DNA from: Gemmataceae bacterium
Lineage (GTDB): Bacteria > Planctomycetota > Planctomycetia > Gemmatales > HRBIN36
DNA: 64,000 bases
Assembly: GCA_040289265.1 (NCBI GenBank)
Contig: PSKW01000001.1
Coordinates: 656,359 to 720,358 of the forward strand
Direction of reading: 5' to 3'
Shown piece after piece: positions 45,701 through 55,045 of this stretch. Each line of letters starts with the position of its first letter. The first letter of the stretch is position 1. The position numbers and the translations under genes were made by a program. The notes under the pieces were generated by a model. That model was not told the DNA's origin and ran no database searches. It was given only the letters and a program-made list of their open reading frames with translations.

Positions 45701-47451
45701 GCAGTCGCTTCCGCAGTCGTATCCGACAAGTGGCCTCCGGCCGTTTCGGTGTGGACGCAGAATACCTGGTCAACGCCGATGAGATCCAAATCAAAATGGC
45801 CCAGGGAGCCAAGCCTGGAGAAGGCGGCCAACTCATGGGCAAAAAAGTCACTGCCGAGATTGCCGAAATCCGCTATGCCAAACCGGGAGCTGATCTCATC
45901 AGTCCCCCTCCGCACCACGACATCTACTCCATCGAAGACCTTGCTCAACTCATCTACGATCTCAAAGCCGTCCATCCGGGCGTGCCGGTCTCGGTGAAAC
46001 TTGTCGCCGTGGAAAATATCGGCACCATCGCCGTGGGCGTGGCCAAGGCCGGCGCCGACATCATCGAAATTGACGGACTCGATGGCGGCACCGGTGCCGC
46101 TATGGCCTCCAGTAAAGAACATGCCGGCCTGCCCAGCGAAATGGGCTTGGCCGAAGCCCACCAAGCTTTGGTCCTCAACGGCTTGCGTCGTGCGGTCAAG
46201 TTACGCGTCGGAGGCGGCATCAAAACGGGCCTCGATATCGTCAAGTACGCTCTTTTCGGCGCCGAGCAATTCGCTTTCGGACAAGCCCTCATGGTCTCCG
46301 TAGGATGCATCGTGTGCAAGAGCTGCCACATCCCCAATTGCCCCACGGGTATCACCGGCACCCAGGGGGAATACAAGGGGCACCCGGAACATACCAAAAC
46401 CTATTTGCTGAGCGTGGCTGAAGAAGTCCGGCAACTGCTCGCCAGTCTGGGTGCTCGTCGTTTGGACGAGATCGTCGGCCGCACCGACTTGTTCGAGCGG
46501 CGCCCGGATCTGCAAGGCCGTGCGCGCAGCGTGGATCTCAGCTGCTTCCTGGCCGCGGACATGGCCTTGGCCAACTTGGAAGCCAAGTACCCACAGTATC
46601 CTCTAGGGATCTGCCGGCGCGCCGGTGAACGCACTGGGCTCAACGAGCGTATCGTCGAGGCAGCTCGCGACGCCGTCGAGTTGTGCCAAAATGCCGACTT
46701 GATGTTTCGCATTCGCAATAGCGACCGCTCCGCCGGCGCCACCCTGGCCGGTCTCATCGCCAAGGCCTACGGTCGCGAAGGCCTTCCGGACGGCAAACGC
46801 ATCCGCGTGCGTTTCGAAGGCGAGGCCGGGCAAAGCTTCGGCGCCTGGTGCGTCAACGGATTGGAGCTGGAACTGCGCGGCTTTGCCCAAGACGGCGTGG
46901 CCAAGGGCATTTCCGGAGGCACGGTCGTCGTCACCCTCGACTACGCCGCCTGCAGTTACGGCAACGAAATCCAGAGTGTGGTCGGCAACAATGTCGGCTA
47001 CGGCGCCACAGGAGGTACGATTTACGTCGGCGGTCGCGCCGGCCATAGATTGGGAATCCGTAATTCCGGTGCCACCATCGTCGCCGAGGCTGCTGGAAAA
47101 TACGCCTGCGAATACATGACCCGCGGCCGAGTGGTCATCCTAGGTCCCGTCGAAAACGAAATCGGCTCGGGCATGACCGGGGGAGAACTGCTCATCTACG
47201 ATCCCCACAACGAAGTGCCAGCCAAGCTCCACAGTCGCAGCGTCGCGGTCGTCGAGTGCGGCTACGTAGATTACGAATGGCTGCATCCGCTCATCATTGA
47301 CTTCCACCATCGCACTGGTAGCCGACTGGCAGAACACATCCTCAAGAACTGGACCGAAGTCCGGCGACTGCGCCGCTTCAAAAAAGTCGTACCTTTGCAG
47401 GTCGCCCGTCGCGCCGAAGACTTTGTCGCCGCCGGCACACACGCCGGATGA
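42715..47451 (+). CDS. gltB: Glutamate synthase large subunit
   Basis: 1578 aa. The Ntn amidotransferase Cys is present (DACGIGGLAS). The FMN/4Fe-type central region (ISPPPHHDIYSIEDLAQLI) and the C-terminal GXGXG beta-helix repeats are also visible. Confidence 0.97.
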   Translation: MLIDGRKYIEQSNLLYTDTVGKDACGIGGLASRNGQPTHEVIVKALAALTHMEHRGGICGDSGDGAGLLAQLPQGFFREEARRLGLERYFRSDDVLAVGVFFFLDQDQAAQEKAREIAYRLLGGTPVRILGWREVPTRDDVLSAYARRIKPSIEQLLLLCQAPPDEVEKALYLARLQLRYEYARAALRVYIPSLSCRVINYKGLLTSPQLGEFYPDLRDARFESGVALFHRRYSTNTYPDWTLAQPFRVLCHNGEINTIRTNRHAVFAYARGLEPPLPGRDLLTPKVSDSASLDEWIEHLMYYKNWSLLRALRLTVPPAWEGEQELYRQEAIDLFVWCRRAFGSLCAWDGPAGIVATDGRVLAGLVDRMGLRPVRWCSDTRGWLYISSESGVFDLDNGKIVASGQLQPGQMIALDTKNGLRLDSSAILDRILEEAAPEQNTSLHDVNRSQIIVPESFDFSPHLDDQVQSLLGDNGWTLDHLLQAHGWDFERALFVKDMVKLKKEPLSSMGFDRVLTIFSQMHPTLFKYLQQTFAEVTNPPIDPYREGGAMSLTTYLGRSPVVCRPSAQTNDTLPCRQMELSSPVLSDAVMEEIRRHEVLGLKSLSAVFPLRGGVQALRESLHRLRSEAERAILDGYNLICLTDLDAFRDGLVPIPSLLALGAVHQYLCHQGLRERCSLIVQAGDVQEGHDIACLVAFGADAVHPYLMLRLIRDGLHFKDPDNKQETYLSSRECLENLFTALEDSLKKIISKMGITTIEGYRGAMLFEAVGFGPELMEFLGDFPSRIGGIGLADLVEDAQWRLQQTENMQVLPRNRDYHAFNAKVRMALRKAATSTCDDAGERKDDGHELGSLEEGAEVAYRSGGIRPRYGVAALTPEYLDFARLVANRQPTVLRDLLHLKPAAQPVPLAEVQPALEIVRQHFRGAAMSHGALTRVAHETIAAAFNELGGYSNSGEGGEARNRNDLPERPWGPFWEKVIAERKANPAYWCLDDDIRRSRFRSRIRQVASGRFGVDAEYLVNADEIQIKMAQGAKPGEGGQLMGKKVTAEIAEIRYAKPGADLISPPPHHDIYSIEDLAQLIYDLKAVHPGVPVSVKLVAVENIGTIAVGVAKAGADIIEIDGLDGGTGAAMASSKEHAGLPSEMGLAEAHQALVLNGLRRAVKLRVGGGIKTGLDIVKYALFGAEQFAFGQALMVSVGCIVCKSCHIPNCPTGITGTQGEYKGHPEHTKTYLLSVAEEVRQLLASLGARRLDEIVGRTDLFERRPDLQGRARSVDLSCFLAADMALANLEAKYPQYPLGICRRAGERTGLNERIVEAARDAVELCQNADLMFRIRNSDRSAGATLAGLIAKAYGREGLPDGKRIRVRFEGEAGQSFGAWCVNGLELELRGFAQDGVAKGISGGTVVVTLDYAACSYGNEIQSVVGNNVGYGATGGTIYVGGRAGHRLGIRNSGATIVAEAAGKYACEYMTRGRVVILGPVENEIGSGMTGGELLIYDPHNEVPAKLHSRSVAVVECGYVDYEWLHPLIIDFHHRTGSRLAEHILKNWTEVRRLRRFKKVVPLQVARRAEDFVAAGTHAG

Positions 47452-47542
47452 GCTCCTGACACCGGCGCTTTACATCCCTCGCTAGGTGACGCCGGCCTGG
47501 CGAGCATAGCCAGGGACCACGCTGCGACTCGAGCGGAATGGC

Positions 47543-48352
47543 TCAGCGTACTGTCGCGTTGTGACAAACACCCACGCTAGGCGCCGGCTCCGCGCCGCGT
47601 GCATTCGTGTCGCCGGGCTGGTGCCGACCGGCATACCACAACATTTGCCGAGCCAAACCGTGGAGGATTTCCACCTCCACCGGCGTCAGCTGAGCGCGGC
47701 TGAGCATATGCCGCACTGCATGCATCAAGGTGTCTGCCCGCTCGTCCCACAGGAAATGAAGCGCTTCGAGTCCTCGACGCAGATGCTCGAACATCCGCTC
47801 CAGCTCGTCGTGCGTCGCCGGCGCAGAACGCGGCACGGCCTGGATGGACAGGCCGGCGTGCCGGTACAACTCGTAGAGGCATATCGCCACAGCATGCGAC
47901 AGGTTCAACACAGGATAGTCCGGGTGCGTTGGGATGGTGATCAGATAGTGGCACAAAGTGATTTCGTCATTGAGCAAGCCAGTCTGTTCCGGACCGAAAA
48001 CCAATGCGACTGGTCCGTGCTGCTGGCTGCCGATGGCCAGACTGGCGATCCGGTCCAACGAAGTCAGTGACTGCTGCCGGAACAGGCCCTGGGTGCGCGC
48101 ACTGGTGGCCAGCGTCAATACACAGTCCGCCAGTGCCTCGCGCAGAGTAGCAAAGCTGCGGGCCGTGGTCAGCACCGATTCTCCGTGCGTGGCCAGTCGC
48201 CGGGCTTGTTCGTCGCACGGGTCGGCATGGGGGCGCACCAGGCGCAACTCGGGTACGCCGAAATTGGCCAGCAGACGGGCCACCGCCCCTAGATTGCCGG
48301 CGACGCTCGGACGGACTAGCACCACGCGCAGCCCGTGCAAAGGACTGCTCAC
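47543..48352 (-). CDS. SpoU/TrmJ-like RNA 2'-O-methyltransferase
   Basis: The sequence reads [32 protein letters not shown]...[10 protein letters not shown]...[17 protein letters not shown] prefer the GTG at 48352, which overlaps the upstream stop in a GTGA junction. The rest of the 491-aa track ORF is an out-of-frame shadow of the upstream gene. Confidence 0.7.
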   Translation of the reverse strand: MSSPLHGLRVVLVRPSVAGNLGAVARLLANFGVPELRLVRPHADPCDEQARRLATHGESVLTTARSFATLREALADCVLTLATSARTQGLFRQQSLTSLDRIASLAIGSQQHGPVALVFGPEQTGLLNDEITLCHYLITIPTHPDYPVLNLSHAVAICLYELYRHAGLSIQAVPRSAPATHDELERMFEHLRRGLEALHFLWDERADTLMHAVRHMLSRAQLTPVEVEILHGLARQMLWYAGRHQPGDTNARGAEPAPSVGVCHNATVR

Positions 48353-50661
48353 GCTCCACCTCCCCGGGTCGCGCACAGCTCCAGTGCCAGTCGCTTGATG
48401 CGCTGCAAATCGAGCTTGCCGCTGCCCAACACGGGGATCTCCGGCACTTCGAAAAAGGCATCCGGATCGGGCAGCCAAAGACTGGGCAGGCCGCTGCGCG
48501 CTAAGCGGTGATACAGCTCGTGCACACTCAGACCATCCAAAGGCTTGTGCAAAACAACCAGGCGCTCGCCTTTTCTGTCGTCGGGAATGGCGGTCACGGC
48601 ACAGACCAATTCTTCGGTGCCGAGCAGTCTGTGGATCTCGTGTTCGATCCGCTGGTGCGGCACCATTTCGCCGCCGATCTTGCTGAAGCGGCTCATGCGG
48701 TCGGTGATGCGCACGAATCCGTCTTCGTCCATTGTGGCCAAGTCCCCGGTCAAATACCACCCGTGGAGGATCGCTCGGCGCGTTTCCTCCGGCCGCCGCA
48801 AGTATCCGCGCATGACATTGGCGCCGTACACGATCAGCAATCCCTGACTGCCAGCAGGCAGCGGTCGCTCGGGGTCGGGGCTTTCCGGCTCGACGATGCG
48901 GCAAGCAACGCCGGGCACCGGACGGCCGATACTTCCAGGCTTGTGGCCGATATAGCGCAGGCCATCCTCGACCCGGTCCGGCGTGTTGACCGCCACTACC
49001 GGCGAAAGCTCCGTGCATCCGTAGCCTTCCAAAGGATAGATCCCGAATTTCTCGGCAAATTGCTGCGCCAGAGCGCCCGGCAGTTTTTCCGCACCGGTAA
49101 TGAGTAGCCGCAAACTGCGGAAATCTTGCGGCTCACATCGTCGGTGGATCAGACGCAAAAACGTAGGCGTAGTCACGAACAACGTGCAGCGATAAGTGCG
49201 GGCTAAGTCCCCGATCTCGCGCGCTTGCCGCGGATCGGGATAATACACTGCCGAAGCGCCCACCACGGCCGGTAGCCACAGGGTCACGGTATAGCCGAAA
49301 CTGTGGAAAAAAGGCAGCACCGCCAGCATCCGATCCCGCGGCGTGAAATAAACCGCTTGGGCCATGGACTCCATATTGGAGACGATGTTGTCGTGGGTCA
49401 GCTCGATCCCTTTGGGATCGCCAGTGCTGCCGCTGGAAAAAACGATCGCCGCCAGGTCTTCGGCGCTATGACTCCCCAGACGCAGCCAGACCCTTTCCAC
49501 CACCCATACAGGCAACAAGCGCACGGCCAGATAAGTCGTCACCCGCTCCAGCGCACCGATCTCTTCGCGCACATCTTCGATATACCATGTGCGAACATTA
49601 TCCGGGACCTGCACCGGCAACTTGCGACTGAACGTCCTGGCGCTGAGGACGGTCTGCACATCGGCTTGTCGGATCGCCGACTCGAAGGCTTCGCGGGAGG
49701 CGGTGTAATTCAAATTGACAGCGGTCCTGCGCAGTAGAGCCAAGGCCATATTGACCAGCACCCCTGCCGCCGTCGTCGGTAGCAGCACGCCTACCATTTG
49801 CTGGTTGCCGAGTCTGGGCCCGAGTTTGCGCGCTAACAGGATGGCACCGGCCAGGGCCTGTCCATAGGTGAGCGCCCGCGGCTGGGGCACCGTCTCGTAC
49901 AAACAGGGCCATCCCGGATGCCGACAGGCCATGCGCACGAAGAGCCGATGAGCAGGCAACCGCCTGCGCTGACGCGCCTGCAAGCAGTCGGCCAGCAATT
50001 TTTGCACGCTCAGCTGAATACGGTAGGCAGGCGTGTCATGTGCCTCAGGCTGGCCCAGAGCGATTGTTATCTCTCCAGGCCAGTGCACCGGCGCGCACCA
50101 TTGCAGACGCCGCCGGCGGCCACAGCGCCGACGAATCAGTACTCGGCCCCATCCACGATCCAAGGCCACCGGCACAATCGGCACACGTACTTGTTGCCTC
50201 AGTCCTTCGAGCAAGCGGACCCAACTCAGATCGCAGAGCACGCCTTTCCCCACTGCATAGGCGCACTCCGAAAGTAGACACAGGCATTCCCCTCGGCCCA
50301 GGCAACGTACCATCTCTTGCAGCGCTCGTTCGATCCCCTCCTGTCCGCGCTCCACCTCGATCGCCACCGCGCCCAGATAACTGGCCAGCCGCGTCTCTAC
50401 AGCCGTCATCTGTCTGGTCCGCCAGACGATGATTCGTACCGGCCTGCGCAAAGCAGCCGCCAGGAAAACAGCTTCCAGCCAAAAAACTGGATTGCATACC
50501 AAAACGGCTGGCCCACCGATGGAATCGCCAGTCCGGAGCACGTGCACGCGATACAACGTCTTGCCCAGCAACAACACCGACCAGCGTAGGACGGTCCACT
50601 GCAGGAAACAGACTAGCGCGTCGAGCCGGTCCAAGCAGACCGATAGCCACCGCTCGAACAT
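48349..50661 (-). CDS. Aas-like fusion of a PlsC-type acyltransferase-like domain and an acyl-AMP ligase (acyl-ACP/CoA synthetase)
   Basis: The AMP-binding motif [17 protein letters not shown] is present, with GYGCTE and a C-terminal GKLD. The N-terminal PlsC-like region contains VPIVPVAL. I prefer the start at M62 (MFERWLSV). Confidence 0.8.
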   Translation of the reverse strand: MFERWLSVCLDRLDALVCFLQWTVLRWSVLLLGKTLYRVHVLRTGDSIGGPAVLVCNPVFWLEAVFLAAALRRPVRIIVWRTRQMTAVETRLASYLGAVAIEVERGQEGIERALQEMVRCLGRGECLCLLSECAYAVGKGVLCDLSWVRLLEGLRQQVRVPIVPVALDRGWGRVLIRRRCGRRRRLQWCAPVHWPGEITIALGQPEAHDTPAYRIQLSVQKLLADCLQARQRRRLPAHRLFVRMACRHPGWPCLYETVPQPRALTYGQALAGAILLARKLGPRLGNQQMVGVLLPTTAAGVLVNMALALLRRTAVNLNYTASREAFESAIRQADVQTVLSARTFSRKLPVQVPDNVRTWYIEDVREEIGALERVTTYLAVRLLPVWVVERVWLRLGSHSAEDLAAIVFSSGSTGDPKGIELTHDNIVSNMESMAQAVYFTPRDRMLAVLPFFHSFGYTVTLWLPAVVGASAVYYPDPRQAREIGDLARTYRCTLFVTTPTFLRLIHRRCEPQDFRSLRLLITGAEKLPGALAQQFAEKFGIYPLEGYGCTELSPVVAVNTPDRVEDGLRYIGHKPGSIGRPVPGVACRIVEPESPDPERPLPAGSQGLLIVYGANVMRGYLRRPEETRRAILHGWYLTGDLATMDEDGFVRITDRMSRFSKIGGEMVPHQRIEHEIHRLLGTEELVCAVTAIPDDRKGERLVVLHKPLDGLSVHELYHRLARSGLPSLWLPDPDAFFEVPEIPVLGSGKLDLQRIKRLALELCATRGGGA

Positions 50662-50846
50662 GGCTGCCTCCCCTGTCACATGCCCAACTGCCGTCACGGC
50701 TCCAACGGGTATCTCCCTTGCTAACTTCGCACCCCGGCTGGCAGACGTCAAGTCAGCACCCCAACATGACGCCAGTATCTGGTTTTGGACTTGCTCCGAC
50801 TGCTCCGCTGTATTAAAAGCCACGCCCTGTAGGGGGCAAACCACCT

Positions 50847-51287
50847 ATGGACTGTGGCAAAATCGAGCGCAGCACGATGACAGGCTCAGGACATACAAAT
50901 TGGCCGAAGCCAGGCGCCTGGGCCAAAGCGCTTGCTGGCGACGAGCGCTTGGTCGCCGGCTTGCACGACCCGGAAGCGCGCTATCTGGTCGAATGGCTCA
51001 TAGCCGCCGGAAACTCCCTCTCTCGTGCCGGCTTGGAATCCTTATTGCCCTGGCTGTATGGACAGGCACGCACCGCACGCCAATTCGTCTATTTATGGTG
51101 CCATGCCCGCGATTACGCCGGCGCCTCGCAATTGGTCGGCTGCGATTTCCCACACTTTCCGCTACCCTCGCCGGCGGTAAACGACCCCGTTAGCGTCATG
51201 GAAGCGATCCTGGCATCGGTACAAATGTGCATGGCTGAGCCGAACGGCGCCCCCTCGTTGCGGAAAAAATTTGGAAAAACTGCTTGA
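50847..51287 (+). CDS. Hypothetical protein
   Basis: A 146-aa ORF with protein-like composition. AGGGGG lies 10 nt upstream. I recognise no family. Confidence 0.4.
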   Translation: MDCGKIERSTMTGSGHTNWPKPGAWAKALAGDERLVAGLHDPEARYLVEWLIAAGNSLSRAGLESLLPWLYGQARTARQFVYLWCHARDYAGASQLVGCDFPHFPLPSPAVNDPVSVMEAILASVQMCMAEPNGAPSLRKKFGKTA

Positions 51288-51424
51288 CTTTAACATAGCG
51301 CAGGTTTTAGCATATTGTTAATAGGTGGATTTTCGGTGCCGCACAGGCCCAGAACGGCACGCGAACTCGATCGGTTCTGGTATCATTCGATTGGTCGTCC
51401 CGAAGCCAATGGAGGAGGTCAAGC

Positions 51425-52453
51425 ATGAGAGATGTCCCCTGGAGACGGCAGGCCTTTACGCTGATCGAGCTGTTGGTGGTTATCGCCATCATTGCGATTT
51501 TGATCGGTTTGCTTCTGCCTGCTGTTCAGAAGGTACGCGAGGCCGCCAACCGCATCCGCTGCTCGAACAACCTCAAACAACTGGGGATCGCGCTCCACAA
51601 CTACCACGGTGACCGCGAACGGCTGCCTCCTGGAGGCCGTGTTCGTAATATGCGGCAAGATTGGAACTGGACGCAGGACCAGGGCAGCTGGCTGGTCCAT
51701 ATCCTCCCGTATGTGGAGCAAGACAACCTGTATCGCATTTACGAACCTGTTCTCAAGGAAGACGGGCCTCAGCCGCCCCGGTATAGCGTGTTGGATTATG
51801 GACATGGAGCGCAAGCCGGGCACATACTGCCGCGCGACGCTGCAGGTAACTACATCGGAGATCAACGGCCGCCGCCTAAAGTTTACATTTGCCCGAGTGC
51901 AGATTATGACCCCATCCAGCGAGCCGGCTCGACGTATTCTGGCTCTCTGGGACCGCAATGTGCAATGGGTCCGTGCGGTTACAATCCCTACCAGGTCTGG
52001 TGCGACATGCCGGCGGTCGGTATTCCGCGGAGCCCCGAACATGGGAACACATTGGATACCGCGGATCTTCGTGGCGTGTTCAATCGCTTAGGTGCTAAAG
52101 TGCGTTTTGCCGATATTACCGATGGTACTGCCAACACGATCATGGTGGGCGAAATACTACCCCATTGGCACGATCACCCATGGCAATGGGTGCATTTCAA
52201 TGGCGGTGCCAGCCACGCGACCACTCTTGTACCGATCAATTATCCTACCGACCGGCAGGTAAGCTGCGCTACGGATCCGCCGCGCAGCTGGCAAAACTGG
52301 AACCTCTCCTGGGGCTTCAAGTCACGGCACGCCCAGGGGGCGAACTTCCTCATGTGCGATGGATCGGTGCAATTTATTTCGCAGAACATTGATCATCAGC
52401 TGTATCAGTGGTTAGGGTGCCGTAACGATGGCTTTCCGGCCCAACTGCCATAA
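51425..52453 (+). CDS. DUF1559 / H-X9-DG pseudopilin-like protein with a prepilin-type N-terminal cleavage/methylation motif
   Basis: The N-terminus reads [35 protein letters not shown]. The C-terminal H-X9-DG motif is present ([12 protein letters not shown]). SD GGAGGAGG lies upstream. Confidence 0.9.
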   Translation: MRDVPWRRQAFTLIELLVVIAIIAILIGLLLPAVQKVREAANRIRCSNNLKQLGIALHNYHGDRERLPPGGRVRNMRQDWNWTQDQGSWLVHILPYVEQDNLYRIYEPVLKEDGPQPPRYSVLDYGHGAQAGHILPRDAAGNYIGDQRPPPKVYICPSADYDPIQRAGSTYSGSLGPQCAMGPCGYNPYQVWCDMPAVGIPRSPEHGNTLDTADLRGVFNRLGAKVRFADITDGTANTIMVGEILPHWHDHPWQWVHFNGGASHATTLVPINYPTDRQVSCATDPPRSWQNWNLSWGFKSRHAQGANFLMCDGSVQFISQNIDHQLYQWLGCRNDGFPAQLP

Positions 52454-52631
52454 GCTGTAAAGGCTGCTCGCCCGCTGCTGCCCTGACTGAACAAATCAAC
52501 CCGGAGCTGACTTGATTGTCGGCTTCGGGTTTTTTATGCTAAAGGGGTGTCGGCTGGCTTCGAGAACCAAATATCGTAAACGGCGCAAAAACAACAGGGA
52601 ACCGCAGCCGGACAACGGGAGAGGAGCTGCT

Positions 52632-53126
52632 ATGATGCGAAACATTGCCTGGGCAGTGACAGCGAGCGTCGTGATAGGTTTGGCGGCTGGTTGTGGGGGC
52701 GGAGCCTCGGGAGCCAAACCAGCGCCAGTAAAAGGGCGCATCTTGCTCGATGGCAAGCCACTCGAAGGCGCCACGGTCACGTTTATTCCCGAAAGTGGCA
52801 AGGGGCAGACAGCGTCAGGCCGAACCGATTCGCAGGGGCAATTTGTCCTCACCACGCATAACACCGGCGACGGCGCCGTGCCGGGCAGTTACAAAGTTAC
52901 TGTCCGCAAAGAGTTAGCTATCGCCGGGGGCGAAGCGCTGGACCCGTCCAAGCCGGGGCCCCAGTACTTTGAAATGATGAAAAAGGCTGGAGAACAGGCC
53001 AAGGGAGCCAAGTCCGAGGTCCATCCCAACTACGCCGACCCGAACAAAACGCCTCTGAAATACACGGTGCCGGCGTCGGGATTGGACGTGGAAATCAAGC
53101 TGAACAAAGAGGGAACTGCTGGATGA
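52632..53126 (+). CDS. Small lipoprotein with a carboxypeptidase-regulatory-like (Ig-like) fold pattern
   Basis: The N-terminus carries a lipobox (MMRNIAWAVTASVVIGLAAGCGG). It is followed by VKGRILLDGKPLEGATVTFIPESG...GQFVL. I prefer the start at 52632, after GGAGAGGAG. Confidence 0.6.
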   Translation: MMRNIAWAVTASVVIGLAAGCGGGASGAKPAPVKGRILLDGKPLEGATVTFIPESGKGQTASGRTDSQGQFVLTTHNTGDGAVPGSYKVTVRKELAIAGGEALDPSKPGPQYFEMMKKAGEQAKGAKSEVHPNYADPNKTPLKYTVPASGLDVEIKLNKEGTAG

Positions 53127-53127
53127 T

Positions 53128-54663
53128 ATGTACGCCTTGGTAGAGCGGGTGGGGCAGACACTGGCCACATTCGGTCTGGGAGTGCTGAGCTGGCAGAATT
53201 GCAAGAGGTACCTTGCGCCTGCGATGCTGGTGGCGGTGACGCTAGGCATCGCAGGCTATTTTTTTCTGACGAGCTATTCGGCAGACCGACTGTTGGGGCG
53301 TGGCCTGAGGGCTTTAGCCAACCAGTCCATTCAGGAAGCGCTGATCCAGGCCGAACAGTTGGAAAGGAACGGGTATCCCTGTCACGCCGCCTATCTGCAG
53401 GCAGCGATCTCTTTTGCCGAAGCCGAGGAGTCGGTAGGACGCGCAGCGCAACACCTACGTCAGGAAGAACGGGCCGCCTTAGGTGCGCTGATTGCCGATC
53501 GGTGCCAGGCGGCTGCGTCCGCCCCAGCTGGCACTTCTCTAAGCGGTATCATTGGGGCCGCGGTGCGAAGCAGGTCAGTGGCACAAGCGCTGGCACCTGC
53601 CAGGCATCAATGGGAAGAACGGAGCCGGGAAGCTTTTGCGCGCGTATTGTGGGAGCTCAGACGGATCCCTGAGGATCACGAGCTTTTTGCGCGAGGCGCT
53701 TCCATCGCCGGCCAAGCCTATCTGCGTCTCGGCCAGACTCGCCGGGCGGTCGAGGCCTTTCGGTATGCTTTGAATCATGATCCTGACGATCCGCAGGTGC
53801 ACCGGCATCTAGCCTGGATTTATTACGAGCTGGGGGCAATGGACCACGCCATCCAACACGCGGAGGAAGTGGCACGCTTGCAGCCGGAAGATGGCCGCCC
53901 GTATTATCTCGTTGCGCTTATCCAGAAAGACTACCATCAAATGGGCCGGGCCATCGAGGCCTTTCTGCAAGCATTACAACGACAGCTCCCCGATGCGCTG
54001 CGTGCCGAGGCCTGCCGGCAAGCAGCCGAAGCCTGTTTCCTTTTGGGAAAATACGACGATGCGCAGAAGATTCTGGAAAGTTGCCCGCCTGCCTGGCGCG
54101 ACAGCCCGATCATGTTGACACTGCGAGCGGCGACCATCTGGTATGCCGATGCGTCGCGTCTTCAGGAAGCGTATCGTCTGGTGGACGAGGCTTTGCGTAC
54201 AAACCCGTACCTGACGTCGGCGCTTTTGTTGGCGGCGCGAATGAAGAGCGACCAGCCAGGTGCGACACCGGAAGAATTCCGCGAAGCGATCGCTTACCTG
54301 GAGAGGGCCGCGCGTGCCGACCCGGTAGATCACGAAATCCAAGACCGGTTGGGGCACCTGTATAGACGCATGGGACAACTGCAGCGGGCACAAGAACATT
54401 TTCGACGCCGTGACTGGCTTATGGAGCGCAAAGACGTGCTGACACAATTGCACGAAAAGGCCAGGCAAAACGTCTGGGACGCAACGGTACGTACAGAAAT
54501 CGCTCAGGTGTGGCTGGAACTGGGCCGGACCGAAGAAGCGCACATGTGGATCCGCGCCGCCTGGCAATGCGACCCAAATCACCCGCGGACTCGAGAGCTG
54601 ATGACGACGGATCGGTCATGGCTCCTGCATACGCCGCAGCTGTCTGATCGTTCGCCTCCCTAA
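53128..54663 (+). CDS. Membrane-anchored TPR-repeat protein
   Basis: One N-terminal TM helix is followed by repeated TPR units (AVEAFRYALNHDPDDPQVHRHLAWIYYELGAMDHAIQHAEEVARLQPED...). The ATG lies 1 nt after the previous stop. Confidence 0.75.
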   Translation: MYALVERVGQTLATFGLGVLSWQNCKRYLAPAMLVAVTLGIAGYFFLTSYSADRLLGRGLRALANQSIQEALIQAEQLERNGYPCHAAYLQAAISFAEAEESVGRAAQHLRQEERAALGALIADRCQAAASAPAGTSLSGIIGAAVRSRSVAQALAPARHQWEERSREAFARVLWELRRIPEDHELFARGASIAGQAYLRLGQTRRAVEAFRYALNHDPDDPQVHRHLAWIYYELGAMDHAIQHAEEVARLQPEDGRPYYLVALIQKDYHQMGRAIEAFLQALQRQLPDALRAEACRQAAEACFLLGKYDDAQKILESCPPAWRDSPIMLTLRAATIWYADASRLQEAYRLVDEALRTNPYLTSALLLAARMKSDQPGATPEEFREAIAYLERAARADPVDHEIQDRLGHLYRRMGQLQRAQEHFRRRDWLMERKDVLTQLHEKARQNVWDATVRTEIAQVWLELGRTEEAHMWIRAAWQCDPNHPRTRELMTTDRSWLLHTPQLSDRSPP

Positions 54664-54847
54664 GGCCGCCCCGAAACGGACACATAATTCGATTTTTTGG
54701 CAAATTCTTTCTTGCAATGCGCCCCTCCATAAGCTAAAAATCGTACTCTGGGAGCACGGTGGCGGGTAGCTCCCAAGCAGGGCAAGCGGACAGGTGGGAG
54801 GTTCGCAACGGGTAAAACGCGAGGGTGCCCAAGGGAAAGGAGATGTT

Positions 54848-54952
54848 ATGCCTGAATTCATGACTGAATGGTGGTTCATGGGCCTGATGGCAATTATTCT
54901 TGTCGCCCTGATCGTGTTGCTGATTTTCCTGCGCAAACAACAAGGGTCCTAG
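54848..54952 (+). CDS. Candidate 34-aa single-pass membrane peptide (not in the ORF track)
   Basis: My own translation gives MPEFMTEWWFMGLMAIILVALIVLLIFLRKQQGS. SD AAAGGAG lies 5 nt upstream. A terminator follows at 54988-55017. Confidence 0.4.
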   Translation: MPEFMTEWWFMGLMAIILVALIVLLIFLRKQQGS

Positions 54953-54987
54953 GCAGCACCTGTCTTCGGAAAGCGGATTACTTCGCG

Positions 54988-55017
54988 GGCGGGCCGTACA
55001 GGCCCGCCTTTCGCTTT
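54988..55017 (+). terminator. Intrinsic terminator between the small ORF and the htrA 3' end
   Basis: GGCGGGCC-gtaca-GGCCCGCC followed by TTTCGCTTT. Confidence 0.55.
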
Positions 55018-55045
55018 AGACGGCACCTTGTGCAGCCTCCGACGA

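Noticed and set aside
43180-46164. Two long minus-strand ORFs (466 aa and 490 aa) antisense to gltB
   Set aside because: They lie entirely inside a clearly genuine, motif-rich gltB. Their translations are low-complexity and Arg/Gly/Ala-rich, typical of shadow ORFs in GC-rich DNA. The same applies to the antisense or alternative-frame ORFs inside the WD40, amidohydrolase, GH, sulfatase, TPR and ABC-2 genes.
48353-49018. N-terminal 222 aa of the track ORF 47543..49018
   Set aside because: It is an Arg-rich out-of-frame overlap with the 3' end of the Aas-like gene. The SpoU/TrmJ-like domain begins at the GTG at 48352.
50429-51193. 254-aa plus-strand ORF spanning the Aas-like start and the 50847 ORF
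   Set aside because: Its composition is not protein-like. It overlaps two better-supported genes.
54697-54716. Sigma54-like TTGGCA...TTGCA upstream of the small ORF
   Set aside because: The GG to TTGC offset is 13 nt, not the required 10 nt.
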